Positions 8,475 to 23,012 are shown, numbered from the stretch's first letter. The stretch is DNA of 64,000 nucleotides from Escherichia coli (GCF_003334405.1 NZ_QOWM01000003.1); one strand, 5' to 3'. The notes: generated from the sequence alone by a model not told the origin. Program-made: numbers and translations.

Positions 8475-10781
8475 ATGTTTAAGGCCAGGAATTGCGGCTG
8501 GATACGTTTACTGCCCCTGTTTATGCTGAGTCTACCAGTACAGGCGGAACTTCGATGTGTTGCAAATGCAGTTGATATTGAATCATTTTTTTCTGCGGCT
8601 ACCGCTGAAGATAAACAACAAGTTGAACAAGCTATCAACAGTAGCGTGAATCTTGTCCCCTTCGGTTTATCTGCATCGAACTGGAAAGTGCATCGTGGCG
8701 ATTTAGTGGTAGAAGGTAATATAGAGAGTAATCAAAAATTGATTGTTCTTGGGAATTTGACAGTCAAAGGTAATATTTCCACTTTCTCTCTTTCTAATCC
8801 ATGGGTTATTCTCGGTAACGTGACGGCAACGAATATAGTTGCGGATTCACCACTGTTAATTACCGGTTCGATAAATGCAAGTGGACTGGTATTTATCGAC
8901 TCATATTACGATAATCCGTCTACGATTAAGGGGAGTATTAATGCGCGTGGGATATTTATCAATGACATAATTGCACCTGTTGTTGCGTCTTCGACAAATA
9001 GTGAATTCATGGTCCGTGCGAGTGACAAACATGACACTGAAAATGTCAAAAAAGCGCTGATGATAATAAATCCTGATGCATATTATTGGGGGCTAATTAA
9101 TGATGAAGATGCTCTGAAAGAAATTTTTAAGCGAAGCAATATTCGCATGGCAGGGAATGTCTGTAATCAGATGAAAAAAGAAGCGCTGTTTCGCCCTAAG
9201 CCTTCTCCTGAGTTAGTGCAAGAATTGCAAATGCTGGATGAAGGCAAAGTTGCTGCATTTGAAGGACGAGACATTGCGACATTTGATCTTGCCGTAATGC
9301 GAACTCTCCCAAGGCTTAAAGGAATTTCAGCTAACCTACGCAAACAACTTATTAATAGCAATGATGAACAAACGATTGAAAGTATGGCGAGATATATGCC
9401 TGACAATGAGATTCTGGAGTTGACCGATCAGCAATTGGGTTACCAGCCTGTTGTTCTGGGGTTGCTCGACCGTGAACCGCTCTCTGTCGAAATAATGACG
9501 CGAATGAGTCGTCTACCTGATGGTGTCGGTCCGTTGAATCTTGCGCTACGTGAAAATCTCCCTCTGGATATCGTCATGACTCTGGCGAAAAGAGATTGGG
9601 ATATGATCATTCAGGAGCTTTATAAAGATGCGTGGTTATTGCCTGAATCCATTATTGATGGCTATATCCGCAGTGATGATTCCTCTATTCGTCAGGTCGG
9701 TGCTGGAGGACAACTCACCTACAATCAGGCAATGCAGTTGGCGAACGATTCATCAAACAATGTTGTCACAAGCTTAGCGTTCAAGCTGGCAGAGATGAAA
9801 CACCATGGTCAATTGTTGCGGATGACGCCACAAGAGAGTGACAAAGTTGCAGGCTATTTATACCAAAAATTCGAGAATGACGATGATCTAATACGTGTGT
9901 TATTTTTAGCATTGCCAGATAACTTACAGTTTAATTTTGTTAAAAGGATGGAGAAAAAATCCCCGGCCTACTTTTGCTGTCGGGATATGCAGGTAATTCA
10001 CTCTGACGCTGCTTTACAACGGTTATTGACACGTTTCAACGATCCTGAAGGGTGGAGTAATCTGGCGAAAAATCAGTATCTGAGCACGTCGATGAAACAA
10101 AAAATTTGGCAACGTGCTTTATCGCATCGGAAAAATAATCCGAAAGCAGATTCAGATGCATATGAAACCAGCGCTGATATGATTTTGTCTGAGCTGATTA
10201 GCCACGGCGAAGTTGATGACCAGATGCTATTAAATGCCACCGCCCTGATACGTTCGGACGACTGGGACTTTTTAGAGAGTGCATTAATTAGTTGGGATAA
10301 TTTACCCGCTGTTGTTCTCAAGGAATTACAGCAAAACACGCCACGCAATGATATTTGGGCGAAGTTTTTTCTGAGGCAGGAAAACAGTTCCCGTGCGCAG
10401 GTTGACGAAGCGTTACGTGTTTATTATGCACTAGACCCCGATGCGTTAGCACAACTGGATGTACTGGCAAAACAACCGGATCGTATATGGTGGAGTACAC
10501 TGGCGAAAAGCAATCTCACATTTTTCAAGTTCGGCGCACTTAACAACCGCCACACACCGCCTGCAGTACTGGCGGCAGAAATTGATCCCGAGTGGTGGAT
10601 TGTGGCGATGAATAATCCCCGTTTTCCAGTTGATGTATTAAAGGCGAGGCTGAAACGTGATCCTTTGCTGGCGTTAGAGCTTGTTAACCCTGAACTGGAT
10701 TTAGTCCGCCAGCTGGCGCTTAACGGTAAGACGCGCGCAATACGGGAACAAGCGATGAGAAAACTTGATGAGTTGTATTGA
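8475..10781 (+). CDS. ydbD: Large secreted protein of unknown function (N-terminal signal, beta-helix-like repeat region, alpha-helical C-terminal part)
   Basis: ORF track (GTG at 8469, ATG at 8475); signal-like N-terminus LLPLFMLSLPVQA; repeated motifs of the form GN-hydrophobic-x-hydrophobic. Confidence 0.8.
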   Translation: MFKARNCGWIRLLPLFMLSLPVQAELRCVANAVDIESFFSAATAEDKQQVEQAINSSVNLVPFGLSASNWKVHRGDLVVEGNIESNQKLIVLGNLTVKGNISTFSLSNPWVILGNVTATNIVADSPLLITGSINASGLVFIDSYYDNPSTIKGSINARGIFINDIIAPVVASSTNSEFMVRASDKHDTENVKKALMIINPDAYYWGLINDEDALKEIFKRSNIRMAGNVCNQMKKEALFRPKPSPELVQELQMLDEGKVAAFEGRDIATFDLAVMRTLPRLKGISANLRKQLINSNDEQTIESMARYMPDNEILELTDQQLGYQPVVLGLLDREPLSVEIMTRMSRLPDGVGPLNLALRENLPLDIVMTLAKRDWDMIIQELYKDAWLLPESIIDGYIRSDDSSIRQVGAGGQLTYNQAMQLANDSSNNVVTSLAFKLAEMKHHGQLLRMTPQESDKVAGYLYQKFENDDDLIRVLFLALPDNLQFNFVKRMEKKSPAYFCCRDMQVIHSDAALQRLLTRFNDPEGWSNLAKNQYLSTSMKQKIWQRALSHRKNNPKADSDAYETSADMILSELISHGEVDDQMLLNATALIRSDDWDFLESALISWDNLPAVVLKELQQNTPRNDIWAKFFLRQENSSRAQVDEALRVYYALDPDALAQLDVLAKQPDRIWWSTLAKSNLTFFKFGALNNRHTPPAVLAAEIDPEWWIVAMNNPRFPVDVLKARLKRDPLLALELVNPELDLVRQLALNGKTRAIREQAMRKLDELY

Positions 10782-10951
10782 TCCACAACGTAATGTTTTT
10801 TAACTATCTGATTAATTGGGGATAATCATTCCTGACAGTGAGTCCCCAATACCTTGATATATTCTGAATTTTTAATGAAACGGCGTGTTGCGATATCTCC
10901 GTCAGGGGAATTGATGCACCATAGCGCAAACCGAATTATCAAGGATTGATA

Positions 10952-11557
10952 ATGACGCTCTACCAGATAAAACCGCTCTTTCAGTCGCTGTTAAGGCCGA
11001 CGATGTTTTGGCTTTATAAGCACCACGTTACAGCGAATCACATCACTCTTGCTGCACTGGCGCTTTCTCTTCTTACCGGATTGCTGTTGATGTTGGCGGC
11101 ACAACCCATCCTCTTTTTGCTATTGCCCATCGTGCTTTTTATCCGTATGGCGCTCAATGCGCTGGATGGCATGTTGGCGCGTGAGTGCAACCAGCAAACA
11201 CGTCTGGGGGCGATTTTGAATGAGACTGGCGATGTTATTTCCGAAATTGCGCTCTATTTACCATTTTTATTTTTACCGGAAAGTAACGCATCACTCGTGA
11301 TACTCATGTTATTTTGCACCATATTGACCGAGTTTTGCGGTTTACTCGCGCAGACGATTAACGGTGTTCGCAGTTATGCCGGTCCATTTGGCAAAAGCGA
11401 TCGCGCGTTAATATTTGGTCTGTGGGGTCTGGCCGTTGCCATTTATCCACAGTGGATGCAGTGGAATAATCTTTTATGGAGCATTGCTTCAATTCTGCTT
11501 CTCTGGACTGCGATTAATCGTTGTCGGAGTGTGCTTCTTATGAGCGCTGAAATATAA
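10952..11557 (+). CDS. ynbA: CDP-alcohol phosphatidyltransferase family membrane protein
   Basis: ATG at 10952 preceded by aagga; multi-pass hydrophobic protein; stop overlaps ynbB start (TAATG). Confidence 0.8.
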   Translation: MTLYQIKPLFQSLLRPTMFWLYKHHVTANHITLAALALSLLTGLLLMLAAQPILFLLLPIVLFIRMALNALDGMLARECNQQTRLGAILNETGDVISEIALYLPFLFLPESNASLVILMLFCTILTEFCGLLAQTINGVRSYAGPFGKSDRALIFGLWGLAVAIYPQWMQWNNLLWSIASILLLWTAINRCRSVLLMSAEI

Positions 11558-12453
11558 TGCTGGAAAAATCTCTGGCAACACTTTTCGCGTTGTTAATTTT
11601 AGCAACGCTGATAAACCGTTTTCTGCTATGGCGGTTACCGGAGAGAAAAGGGGGTGAGGTTACATTACGTATTCGTACCTGGTGGGGCATCGTCATTTGT
11701 TTTTCAATGGTGATTTCAGGTCCACGCTGGATGACGTTGACGTTTTTTGCGCTGATAAGTTTTCTGGCATTGAAAGAATATTGTACGCTTATATCTGTAC
11801 ATTTTCCGCGTTGGTTATATTGGGGTATTCCTCTTAACTATTTGCTTATCGGTTTTAATTGCTTTGAGCTGTTTCTGTTATTTATACCTTTGGCTGGGTT
11901 TCTGATATTAGCCACCGGGCAAGTTTTAGTGGGTGACCCCTCTGGTTTTCTGCATACCGTGAGCGCCATTTTTTGGGGCTGGATAATGACCGTTTTCGCC
12001 TTGAGTCATGCCGCCTGGTTATTAATGTTGCCAACCACAAATATCCAGGGCGGGGCGTTACTGGTGTTATTTCTTTTGGCATTAACCGAGTCAAACGATA
12101 TTGCACAGTATTTATGGGGAAAATCCTGCGGCAGAAGAAAAGTGGTCCCTAAAGTCAGCCCGGGAAAAACATTGGAAGGTCTGATGGGCGGCGTCATCAC
12201 CATCATGATTGCGTCACTGATTATCGGACCGTTACTGACACCGCTAAATACATTACAGGCATTATTAGCGGGTTTGTTAATTGGTATTAGTGGTTTTTGC
12301 GGCGATGTCGTGATGTCAGCCATCAAACGAGATATTGGTGTTAAAGATAGCGGAAAACTATTGCCAGGACATGGCGGACTCCTTGACAGGATTGACTCAT
12401 TAATTTTCACCGCTCCGGTATTTTTTTATTTTATACGCTACTGCTGTTACTGA
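11557..12453 (+). CDS. ynbB: CdsA-like CTP:phosphatidate cytidylyltransferase paralogue
   Basis: 298 aa membrane ORF; C-terminal region resembles the CdsA signature region; translationally coupled to ynbA. Confidence 0.85.
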   Translation: MLEKSLATLFALLILATLINRFLLWRLPERKGGEVTLRIRTWWGIVICFSMVISGPRWMTLTFFALISFLALKEYCTLISVHFPRWLYWGIPLNYLLIGFNCFELFLLFIPLAGFLILATGQVLVGDPSGFLHTVSAIFWGWIMTVFALSHAAWLLMLPTTNIQGGALLVLFLLALTESNDIAQYLWGKSCGRRKVVPKVSPGKTLEGLMGGVITIMIASLIIGPLLTPLNTLQALLAGLLIGISGFCGDVVMSAIKRDIGVKDSGKLLPGHGGLLDRIDSLIFTAPVFFYFIRYCCY

Positions 12454-12468
12454 AGGAAAATAGAGAAA

Positions 12469-15532
<3,064 letters not shown>

Positions 15533-15541
15533 GTGGATTGA

Positions 15542-15571
15542 GATGTGGACTGAATATCTACAGTCCACATC
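15542..15571. terminator. Perfect 11-bp-stem hairpin between convergent ynbD and azoR (no clear U-tract)
   Basis: gatgtggactg-aatatcta-cagtccacatc. Confidence 0.35.
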
Positions 15572-15585
15572 AAGACCGTGTCCGG

Positions 15586-16200
<615 letters not shown>

Positions 16201-16391
16201 TTATAGATGTTTGAATGGGCGATGCCCCGTTGCTTGTTGACACTTTATTCACAATCCTGCCACAGAGATAGCGCAATAAATCGAAGCCTATGTTCGAATT
16301 TATTGAACAACGCATAGAAAGCCGCGATGTGGTACTCTATATCTATCATTTAAAAGAAAATTAATCAGGCAGACTACTGCCCACTAACGTT

Positions 16392-19300
16392 ATGACAGAA
16401 CAACAAAAATTGACCTTTACGGCCTTGCAGCAGCGGCTGGATTCGCTGATGCTGCGTGACAGACTGCGTTTTTCTCGCCGTCTGCACGGCGTGAAGAAGG
16501 TTAAAAATCCTGATGCACAACAGGCCATTTTCCAGGAGATGGCGAAAGAGATTGACCAGGCGGCAGGGAAAGTCCTGCTGCGTGAAGCGGCACGACCGGA
16601 AATTACTTATCCTGACAATTTACCGGTTAGTCAGAAAAAACAGGACATTCTCGAAGCGATTCGTGATCACCAGGTGGTGATCGTCGCCGGGGAAACGGGT
16701 TCTGGTAAAACGACTCAGTTACCGAAAATCTGTATGGAGCTGGGGCGCGGGATTAAAGGACTGATCGGCCATACCCAGCCGCGTCGTCTGGCGGCAAGAA
16801 CAGTGGCGAACCGTATTGCGGAAGAGCTGAAAACGGAGCCGGGCGGTTGCATCGGTTACAAAGTGCGTTTCAGCGATCACGTAAGTGATAACACGATGGT
16901 CAAGCTGATGACCGACGGTATCCTGCTGGCGGAGATCCAGCAAGACCGCCTGCTGATGCAGTACGACACTATCATTATTGACGAAGCGCACGAACGCAGC
17001 CTGAATATCGATTTTTTGCTCGGCTATTTGAAAGAGTTGCTGCCGCGGCGTCCTGACCTAAAAATCATTATCACTTCCGCGACTATCGACCCGGAACGCT
17101 TTTCGCGCCACTTTAATAATGCGCCGATTATTGAAGTCTCCGGTCGGACCTATCCGGTGGAAGTGCGCTATCGCCCGATTGTTGAAGAAGCCGATGACAC
17201 CGAGCGCGATCAGTTGCAGGCGATTTTTGACGCCGTAGACGAACTGAGTCAGGAAAGCCATGGCGACATTCTGATCTTTATGAGCGGCGAGCGGGAAATC
17301 CGCGATACCGCCGATGCGCTGAACAAGCTGAACTTACGCCATACCGAAATCTTGCCGCTTTATGCGCGGCTTTCGAACAGCGAACAAAATAGGGTATTCC
17401 AGTCGCACAGCGGACGGCGCATTGTGCTGGCGACCAACGTCGCGGAAACGTCGCTGACCGTACCGGGGATTAAATACGTTATCGACCCCGGTACAGCGCG
17501 TATCAGCCGCTACAGCTATCGCACCAAAGTGCAGCGTTTGCCGATTGAGCCGATTTCCCAGGCGTCTGCCAATCAGCGTAAAGGCCGCTGTGGTCGTGTG
17601 TCCGAAGGGATCTGTATTCGTCTCTATTCCGAAGACGATTTCCTCTCGCGCCCGGAGTTTACCGATCCGGAGATTCTGCGTACCAACCTGGCCTCGGTTA
17701 TTTTGCAGATGACCGCGCTGGGGCTGGGCGATATCGCTGCGTTCCCGTTTGTCGAAGCACCGGATAAACGCAATATCCAGGATGGCGTGCGTCTGCTCGA
17801 AGAGCTGGGCGCGATCACCACTGATGAACAGGCCAGCGCCTATAAACTGACGCCGCTCGGTCGCCAGCTCTCGCAGTTGCCTGTCGACCCACGTCTGGCG
17901 CGTATGGTGCTGGAAGCGCAAAAACATGGCTGCGTGCGTGAGGCGATGATTATCACGTCCGCGCTCTCCATTCAGGATCCGCGCGAACGTCCGATGGACA
18001 AACAGCAGGCATCGGACGAAAAACATCGTCGCTTCCACGACAAAGAGTCTGACTTTCTCGCGTTTGTGAATCTGTGGAATTATCTTGGCGAGCAGCAAAA
18101 GGCGCTTTCTTCCAACGCCTTCCATCGCCTGTGTCGTACCGATTATCTCAACTATCTGCGCGTGCGCGAATGGCAGGATATCTACACCCAGTTGCGTCAG
18201 GTGGTGAAAGAACTTGGCATTCCGGTTAACAGCGAACCGGCGGAGTATCGCGAAATTCACATTGCGTTGCTGACCGGTTTACTTTCCCATATCGGCATGA
18301 AAGATGCCGATAAACAAGAATATACCGGCGCACGTAACGCGCGTTTCTCCATCTTCCCCGGTTCTGGTTTATTCAAAAAACCGCCTAAATGGGTAATGGT
18401 GGCGGAACTGGTAGAAACCAGCCGCCTGTGGGGGCGCATTGCTGCGCGTATCGACCCGGAATGGGTGGAGCCAGTTGCTCAGCATTTGATTAAACGCACC
18501 TACAGCGAACCGCACTGGGAACGGGCGCAGGGCGCGGTGATGGCAACGGAAAAAGTCACTGTTTATGGTTTGCCGATTGTTGCCGCGCGCAAGGTCAACT
18601 ACAGCCAGATCGATCCGGCGTTATGTCGTGAACTCTTTATTCGCCACGCGCTGGTGGAAGGTGACTGGCAGACGCGTCACGCATTCTTCCGTGAAAACCT
18701 GAAACTACGGGCGGAAGTAGAAGAGCTGGAACACAAATCACGTCGCCGCGATATTCTGGTTGATGACGAAACGTTGTTTGAGTTCTACGACCAGCGCATC
18801 AGCCACGATGTAATCTCCGCTCGCCACTTCGACAGCTGGTGGAAAAAAGTCAGCCGCGAAACGCCTGATTTGCTCAACTTTGAAAAAAGCATGTTGATCA
18901 AAGAGGGCGCAGAAAAAATCAGCAAGCTGGATTACCCGAACTTCTGGCATCAGGGCAATCTCAAGCTGCGTTTGAGCTATCAGTTTGAGCCCGGCGCGGA
19001 TGCTGACGGTGTGACCGTACATATTCCGCTGCCGTTACTTAACCAGGTTGAGGAAAGCGGGTTTGAATGGCAGATCCCCGGTCTGCGCCGCGAACTGGTG
19101 ATTGCTCTGATTAAATCGTTGCCGAAACCGGTACGCCGTAATTTTGTACCCGCGCCAAACTATGCCGAAGCGTTTTTAGGCCGCGTCAAACCGCTGGAGT
19201 TACCGTTGCTCGACAGCCTTGAGCGCGAGTTACGGCGGATGACCGGCGTTACCGTTGACCGCGAAGACTGGCACTGGGATCAGGTGCCCGATCACCTGAA

Positions 19301-20294
19301 AATTACCTTCCGCGTGGTGGATGACAAAAACAAGAAGCTAAAAGAAGGGCGCTCGCTACAAGATCTGAAAGATGCGCTGAAAGGCAAAGTGCAGGAAACG
19401 CTATCTGCGGTGGCGGATGACGGTATCGAGCAGAGCGGCTTACATATCTGGAGTTTTGGTCAGCTGCCGGAAAGCTACGAACAGAAGCGTGGCAACTACA
19501 AAGTGAAGGCGTGGCCGGCGCTGGTGGATGAGCGCGACAGTGTGGCGATCAAACTGTTTGATAACCCGCTGGAGCAAAAGCAGGCAATGTGGAACGGTCT
19601 TCGCCGTCTACTGCTGCTGAATATTCCATCGCCAATCAAATATTTACATGAAAAGTTACCGAACAAAGCCAAGCTGGGACTGTACTTTAACCCGTATGGC
19701 AAAGTGCTGGAGCTGATCGACGACTGTATCTCCTGCGGTGTGGATAAATTGATCGACGCCAATGGTGGCCCGGTCTGGACGGAAGAAGGCTTTGCTGCGC
19801 TGCATGAAAAAGTGCGTGCCGAACTGAACGACACGGTGGTGGATATTGCGAAGCAGGTCGAGCAAATCCTTACGGCAGTGTTCAATATCAACAAACGTCT
19901 GAAAGGGCGGGTGGATATGACCATGGCGCTGGGGCTTTCTGACATTAAAGCGCAGATGGGCGGGTTGGTATATCGCGGTTTTGTCACTGGTAACGGCTTC
20001 AAACGGCTGGGCGACACGCTGCGATATTTGCAGGCGATTGAAAAACGGCTGGAAAAACTGGCGGTTGATCCACATCGCGACCGTGCGCAGATGCTGAAAG
20101 TCGAAAACGTCCAGCAGGCGTGGCAGCAATGGATCAACAAACTGCCGCCCGCACGTCGTGAGGATGAAGACGTGAAAGAGATCCGTTGGATGATAGAAGA
20201 GTTGCGCGTTAGTTACTTCGCTCAACAACTTGGTACGCCTTATCCGATTTCAGATAAGCGTATTTTGCAGGCGATGGAGCAGATTAGCGGTTAA
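16392..20294 (+). CDS. hrpA: ATP-dependent DEAH-box RNA helicase HrpA
   Basis: 1300 aa ORF; Walker A GETGSGKT, DEAH box IIIDEAHERS. Confidence 0.95.
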   Translation: MTEQQKLTFTALQQRLDSLMLRDRLRFSRRLHGVKKVKNPDAQQAIFQEMAKEIDQAAGKVLLREAARPEITYPDNLPVSQKKQDILEAIRDHQVVIVAGETGSGKTTQLPKICMELGRGIKGLIGHTQPRRLAARTVANRIAEELKTEPGGCIGYKVRFSDHVSDNTMVKLMTDGILLAEIQQDRLLMQYDTIIIDEAHERSLNIDFLLGYLKELLPRRPDLKIIITSATIDPERFSRHFNNAPIIEVSGRTYPVEVRYRPIVEEADDTERDQLQAIFDAVDELSQESHGDILIFMSGEREIRDTADALNKLNLRHTEILPLYARLSNSEQNRVFQSHSGRRIVLATNVAETSLTVPGIKYVIDPGTARISRYSYRTKVQRLPIEPISQASANQRKGRCGRVSEGICIRLYSEDDFLSRPEFTDPEILRTNLASVILQMTALGLGDIAAFPFVEAPDKRNIQDGVRLLEELGAITTDEQASAYKLTPLGRQLSQLPVDPRLARMVLEAQKHGCVREAMIITSALSIQDPRERPMDKQQASDEKHRRFHDKESDFLAFVNLWNYLGEQQKALSSNAFHRLCRTDYLNYLRVREWQDIYTQLRQVVKELGIPVNSEPAEYREIHIALLTGLLSHIGMKDADKQEYTGARNARFSIFPGSGLFKKPPKWVMVAELVETSRLWGRIAARIDPEWVEPVAQHLIKRTYSEPHWERAQGAVMATEKVTVYGLPIVAARKVNYSQIDPALCRELFIRHALVEGDWQTRHAFFRENLKLRAEVEELEHKSRRRDILVDDETLFEFYDQRISHDVISARHFDSWWKKVSRETPDLLNFEKSMLIKEGAEKISKLDYPNFWHQGNLKLRLSYQFEPGADADGVTVHIPLPLLNQVEESGFEWQIPGLRRELVIALIKSLPKPVRRNFVPAPNYAEAFLGRVKPLELPLLDSLERELRRMTGVTVDREDWHWDQVPDHLKITFRVVDDKNKKLKEGRSLQDLKDALKGKVQETLSAVADDGIEQSGLHIWSFGQLPESYEQKRGNYKVKAWPALVDERDSVAIKLFDNPLEQKQAMWNGLRRLLLLNIPSPIKYLHEKLPNKAKLGLYFNPYGKVLELIDDCISCGVDKLIDANGGPVWTEEGFAALHEKVRAELNDTVVDIAKQVEQILTAVFNINKRLKGRVDMTMALGLSDIKAQMGGLVYRGFVTGNGFKRLGDTLRYLQAIEKRLEKLAVDPHRDRAQMLKVENVQQAWQQWINKLPPARREDEDVKEIRWMIEELRVSYFAQQLGTPYPISDKRILQAMEQISG

Positions 20295-20317
20295 CCCTGC
20301 TATTTGCCTGATAAAGA

Positions 20318-20351
20318 AAAAACCCGGTAAGCATTTAGCGCCGGGTTTTTT
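20318..20351 (+). terminator. Rho-independent terminator of hrpA
   Basis: Stem aacccgg / ccgggtt followed by a T run. Confidence 0.6.
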
Positions 20352-20565
20352 ATTAATTCTAAAACGGTAAGGGTAAAAATTCAGGAATTCAGAAAAATAC
20401 AATTCTCTGCTGCAAGATGAATAATGTTTATCTACAGCATTTCCTTAAAAGATATGTCAGGCTTGCGGAGTGGCGGTTAAGGACATACGATTTCCTCCTT
20501 TCAGAGTGCTCCGCTTCTCACTATTATCTCACGCAGTATTCTTAAGGGAACGATAAGGAGGAACC

Positions 20566-21366
20566 ATGAACATTACCCCGTTTCCGACGCTTTCGCCGGC
20601 AACTATAGATGCCATAAATGTTATCGGACAGTGGCTGGCGCAGGATGATTTCTCCGGTGAGGTGCCGTATCAGGCCGATTGCGTGATCCTTGCAGGCAAT
20701 GCGGTTATGCCGACTATCGATGCGGCATGTAAGATTGCCCGCGATCAGCAAATTCCTTTACTGATTAGTGGTGGTATCGGTCACTCGACAACTTTTTTGT
20801 ATAGCGCCATCGCACAGCATCCGCACTACAACACTATCCGCACCACTGGCAGAGCAGAAGCGACCATCCTGGCGGATATCGCTCATCAGTTCTGGCACAT
20901 TCCGCATGAAAAAATCTGGATTGAAGACCAGTCAACAAACTGCGGTGAAAACGCACGCTTTAGCATCGCGCTATTGAATCAGGCCGTAGAACGAGTTCAT
21001 ACGGCTATCGTTGTTCAGGACCCCACCATGCAGCGGCGCACGATGGCGACGTTCCGCCGTATGACTGGGGACAATCCCGATGCACCACGCTGGTTAAGTT
21101 ATCCCGGATTCGTTCCTCAGTTAGGAAATAACGCAGACAGTGTAATCTTTATTAATCAGTTACAAGGATTATGGCCAGTTGAGCGTTATCTCTCACTACT
21201 CACTGGCGAGCTGCCGCGTTTACGCGATGATAGCGATGGCTACGGTCCCCGCGGGCGAGATTTTATCGTTCACGTTGATTTTCCGGCAGAAGTCATCCAT
21301 GCATGGCAAACGCTGAAACATGATGCGGTGCTCATCGAGGCGATGGAAAGTCGCTCGTTACGTTAA
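20566..21366 (+). CDS. ydcF: DUF218-family protein
   Basis: 266 aa ORF with RBS aaggagg before the ATG. Confidence 0.85.
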
Positions 21367-21562
21367 AAATTGCCCGTTTGTGAACCACTTATTTGCAAAC
21401 GGGCATGACTCCTGACTTTTATTTCTGCCTTTTATTCCTTTTACACTTGTTTTTATGAAGCCCTTCACAGAATTGTCCTTTCACGATGCCGTCTCTCTGA
21501 TGATTGATGTTAATTAACAATGTATTCACCGAAAACAAACATATAAATCACAGGAGTCGCCC

Positions 21563-23002
21563 ATGTCAGTACCCGTTCAACATCCTATGTATATCGATGG
21601 ACAGTTTGTTACCTGGCGTGGAGACGCATGGATTGATGTGGTAAACCCTGCTACAGAGGCTGTCATTTCCCGCATACCCGATGGTCAGGCCGAGGATGCC
21701 CGTAAGGCAATCGATGCAGCAGAACGTGCACAACCAGAATGGGAAGCGTTGCCTGCTATTGAACGCGCCAGTTGGTTGCGCAAAATCTCCGCCGGGATCC
21801 GCGAACGCGCCAGTGAAATCAGTGCGCTGATTGTTGAAGAAGGGGGCAAGATCCAGCAGCTGGCTGAAGTCGAAGTGGCTTTTACTGCCGACTATATCGA
21901 TTACATGGCGGAGTGGGCACGGCGTTACGAGGGCGAGATTATTCAAAGCGATCGTCCAGGAGAAAATATTCTTTTGTTTAAACGTGCGCTTGGTGTGACT
22001 ACCGGCATTCTGCCGTGGAACTTCCCGTTCTTCCTCATTGCCCGCAAAATGGCTCCCGCTCTTTTGACCGGTAATACCATCGTCATTAAACCTAGTGAAT
22101 TTACGCCAAACAATGCGATTGCATTCGCCAAAATCGTCGATGAAATAGGCCTTCCGCGCGGCGTGTTTAACCTTGTACTGGGGCGTGGTGAAACCGTTGG
22201 GCAAGAACTGGCGGGTAACCCAAAGGTCGCAATGGTCAGTATGACAGGCAGCGTCTCTGCAGGTGAGAAGATCATGGCGACTGCGGCAAAAAACATCACC
22301 AAAGTGTGTCTGGAATTGGGGGGTAAAGCACCAGCTATCGTAATGGACGATGCCGATCTTGAACTGGCAGTCAAAGCCATCGTTGATTCACGCGTCATTA
22401 ATAGTGGGCAAGTGTGTAACTGTGCAGAACGTGTTTATGTACAGAAAGGCATTTATGATCAGTTCGTCAATCGGCTGGGTGAAGCGATGCAGGCGGTTCA
22501 ATTTGGTAACCCCGCTGAACGCAACGACATTGCGATGGGGCCGTTGATTAACGCCGCGGCGCTGGAAAGGGTCGAGCAAAAAGTGGCGCGCGCAGTAGAA
22601 GAAGGGGCGAGAGTGGCGTTCGGTGGCAAAGCGGTAGAGGGGAAAGGATATTATTATCCGCCGACATTGCTGCTGGATGTTCGCCAGGAAATGTCGATTA
22701 TGCATGAGGAAACCTTTGGCCCGGTGCTGCCAGTTGTCGCATTTGACACGCTGGAAGATGCTATCTCAATGGCTAATGACAGTGATTACGGCCTGACCTC
22801 ATCAATCTATACCCAAAATCTGAACGTCGCGATGAAAGCCATTAAAGGGCTGAAGTTTGGTGAAACTTACATCAACCGTGAAAACTTCGAAGCTATGCAA
22901 GGCTTCCACGCCGGATGGCGTAAATCCGGTATTGGCGGCGCAGATGGTAAACATGGCTTGCATGAATATCTGCAGACCCAGGTGGTTTATTTACAGTCTT
23001 AA
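21563..23002 (+). CDS. aldA: Lactaldehyde / glycolaldehyde dehydrogenase A
   Basis: 479 aa aldehyde dehydrogenase; catalytic Cys region VCNCAERV, ELGGKAP motif. Confidence 0.95.
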   Translation: MSVPVQHPMYIDGQFVTWRGDAWIDVVNPATEAVISRIPDGQAEDARKAIDAAERAQPEWEALPAIERASWLRKISAGIRERASEISALIVEEGGKIQQLAEVEVAFTADYIDYMAEWARRYEGEIIQSDRPGENILLFKRALGVTTGILPWNFPFFLIARKMAPALLTGNTIVIKPSEFTPNNAIAFAKIVDEIGLPRGVFNLVLGRGETVGQELAGNPKVAMVSMTGSVSAGEKIMATAAKNITKVCLELGGKAPAIVMDDADLELAVKAIVDSRVINSGQVCNCAERVYVQKGIYDQFVNRLGEAMQAVQFGNPAERNDIAMGPLINAAALERVEQKVARAVEEGARVAFGGKAVEGKGYYYPPTLLLDVRQEMSIMHEETFGPVLPVVAFDTLEDAISMANDSDYGLTSSIYTQNLNVAMKAIKGLKFGETYINRENFEAMQGFHAGWRKSGIGGADGKHGLHEYLQTQVVYLQS

Positions 23003-23012
23003 TGAGTGAAAG

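Noticed and set aside
17334-18260. 308-aa minus-strand ORF inside hrpA (and 19496-20228 minus-strand ORFs)
   Set aside because: Antisense to the conserved DEAH helicase; Arg-rich translation typical of the reverse frame of GC-rich coding DNA.
20353-20565. Imperfect inverted repeat (gcggag...ctccgc) in the hrpA-ydcF intergenic region as a possible sRNA or operator
   Set aside because: The stem is short with a loop of about 40 nt and no U-tract; insufficient evidence for a discrete element.
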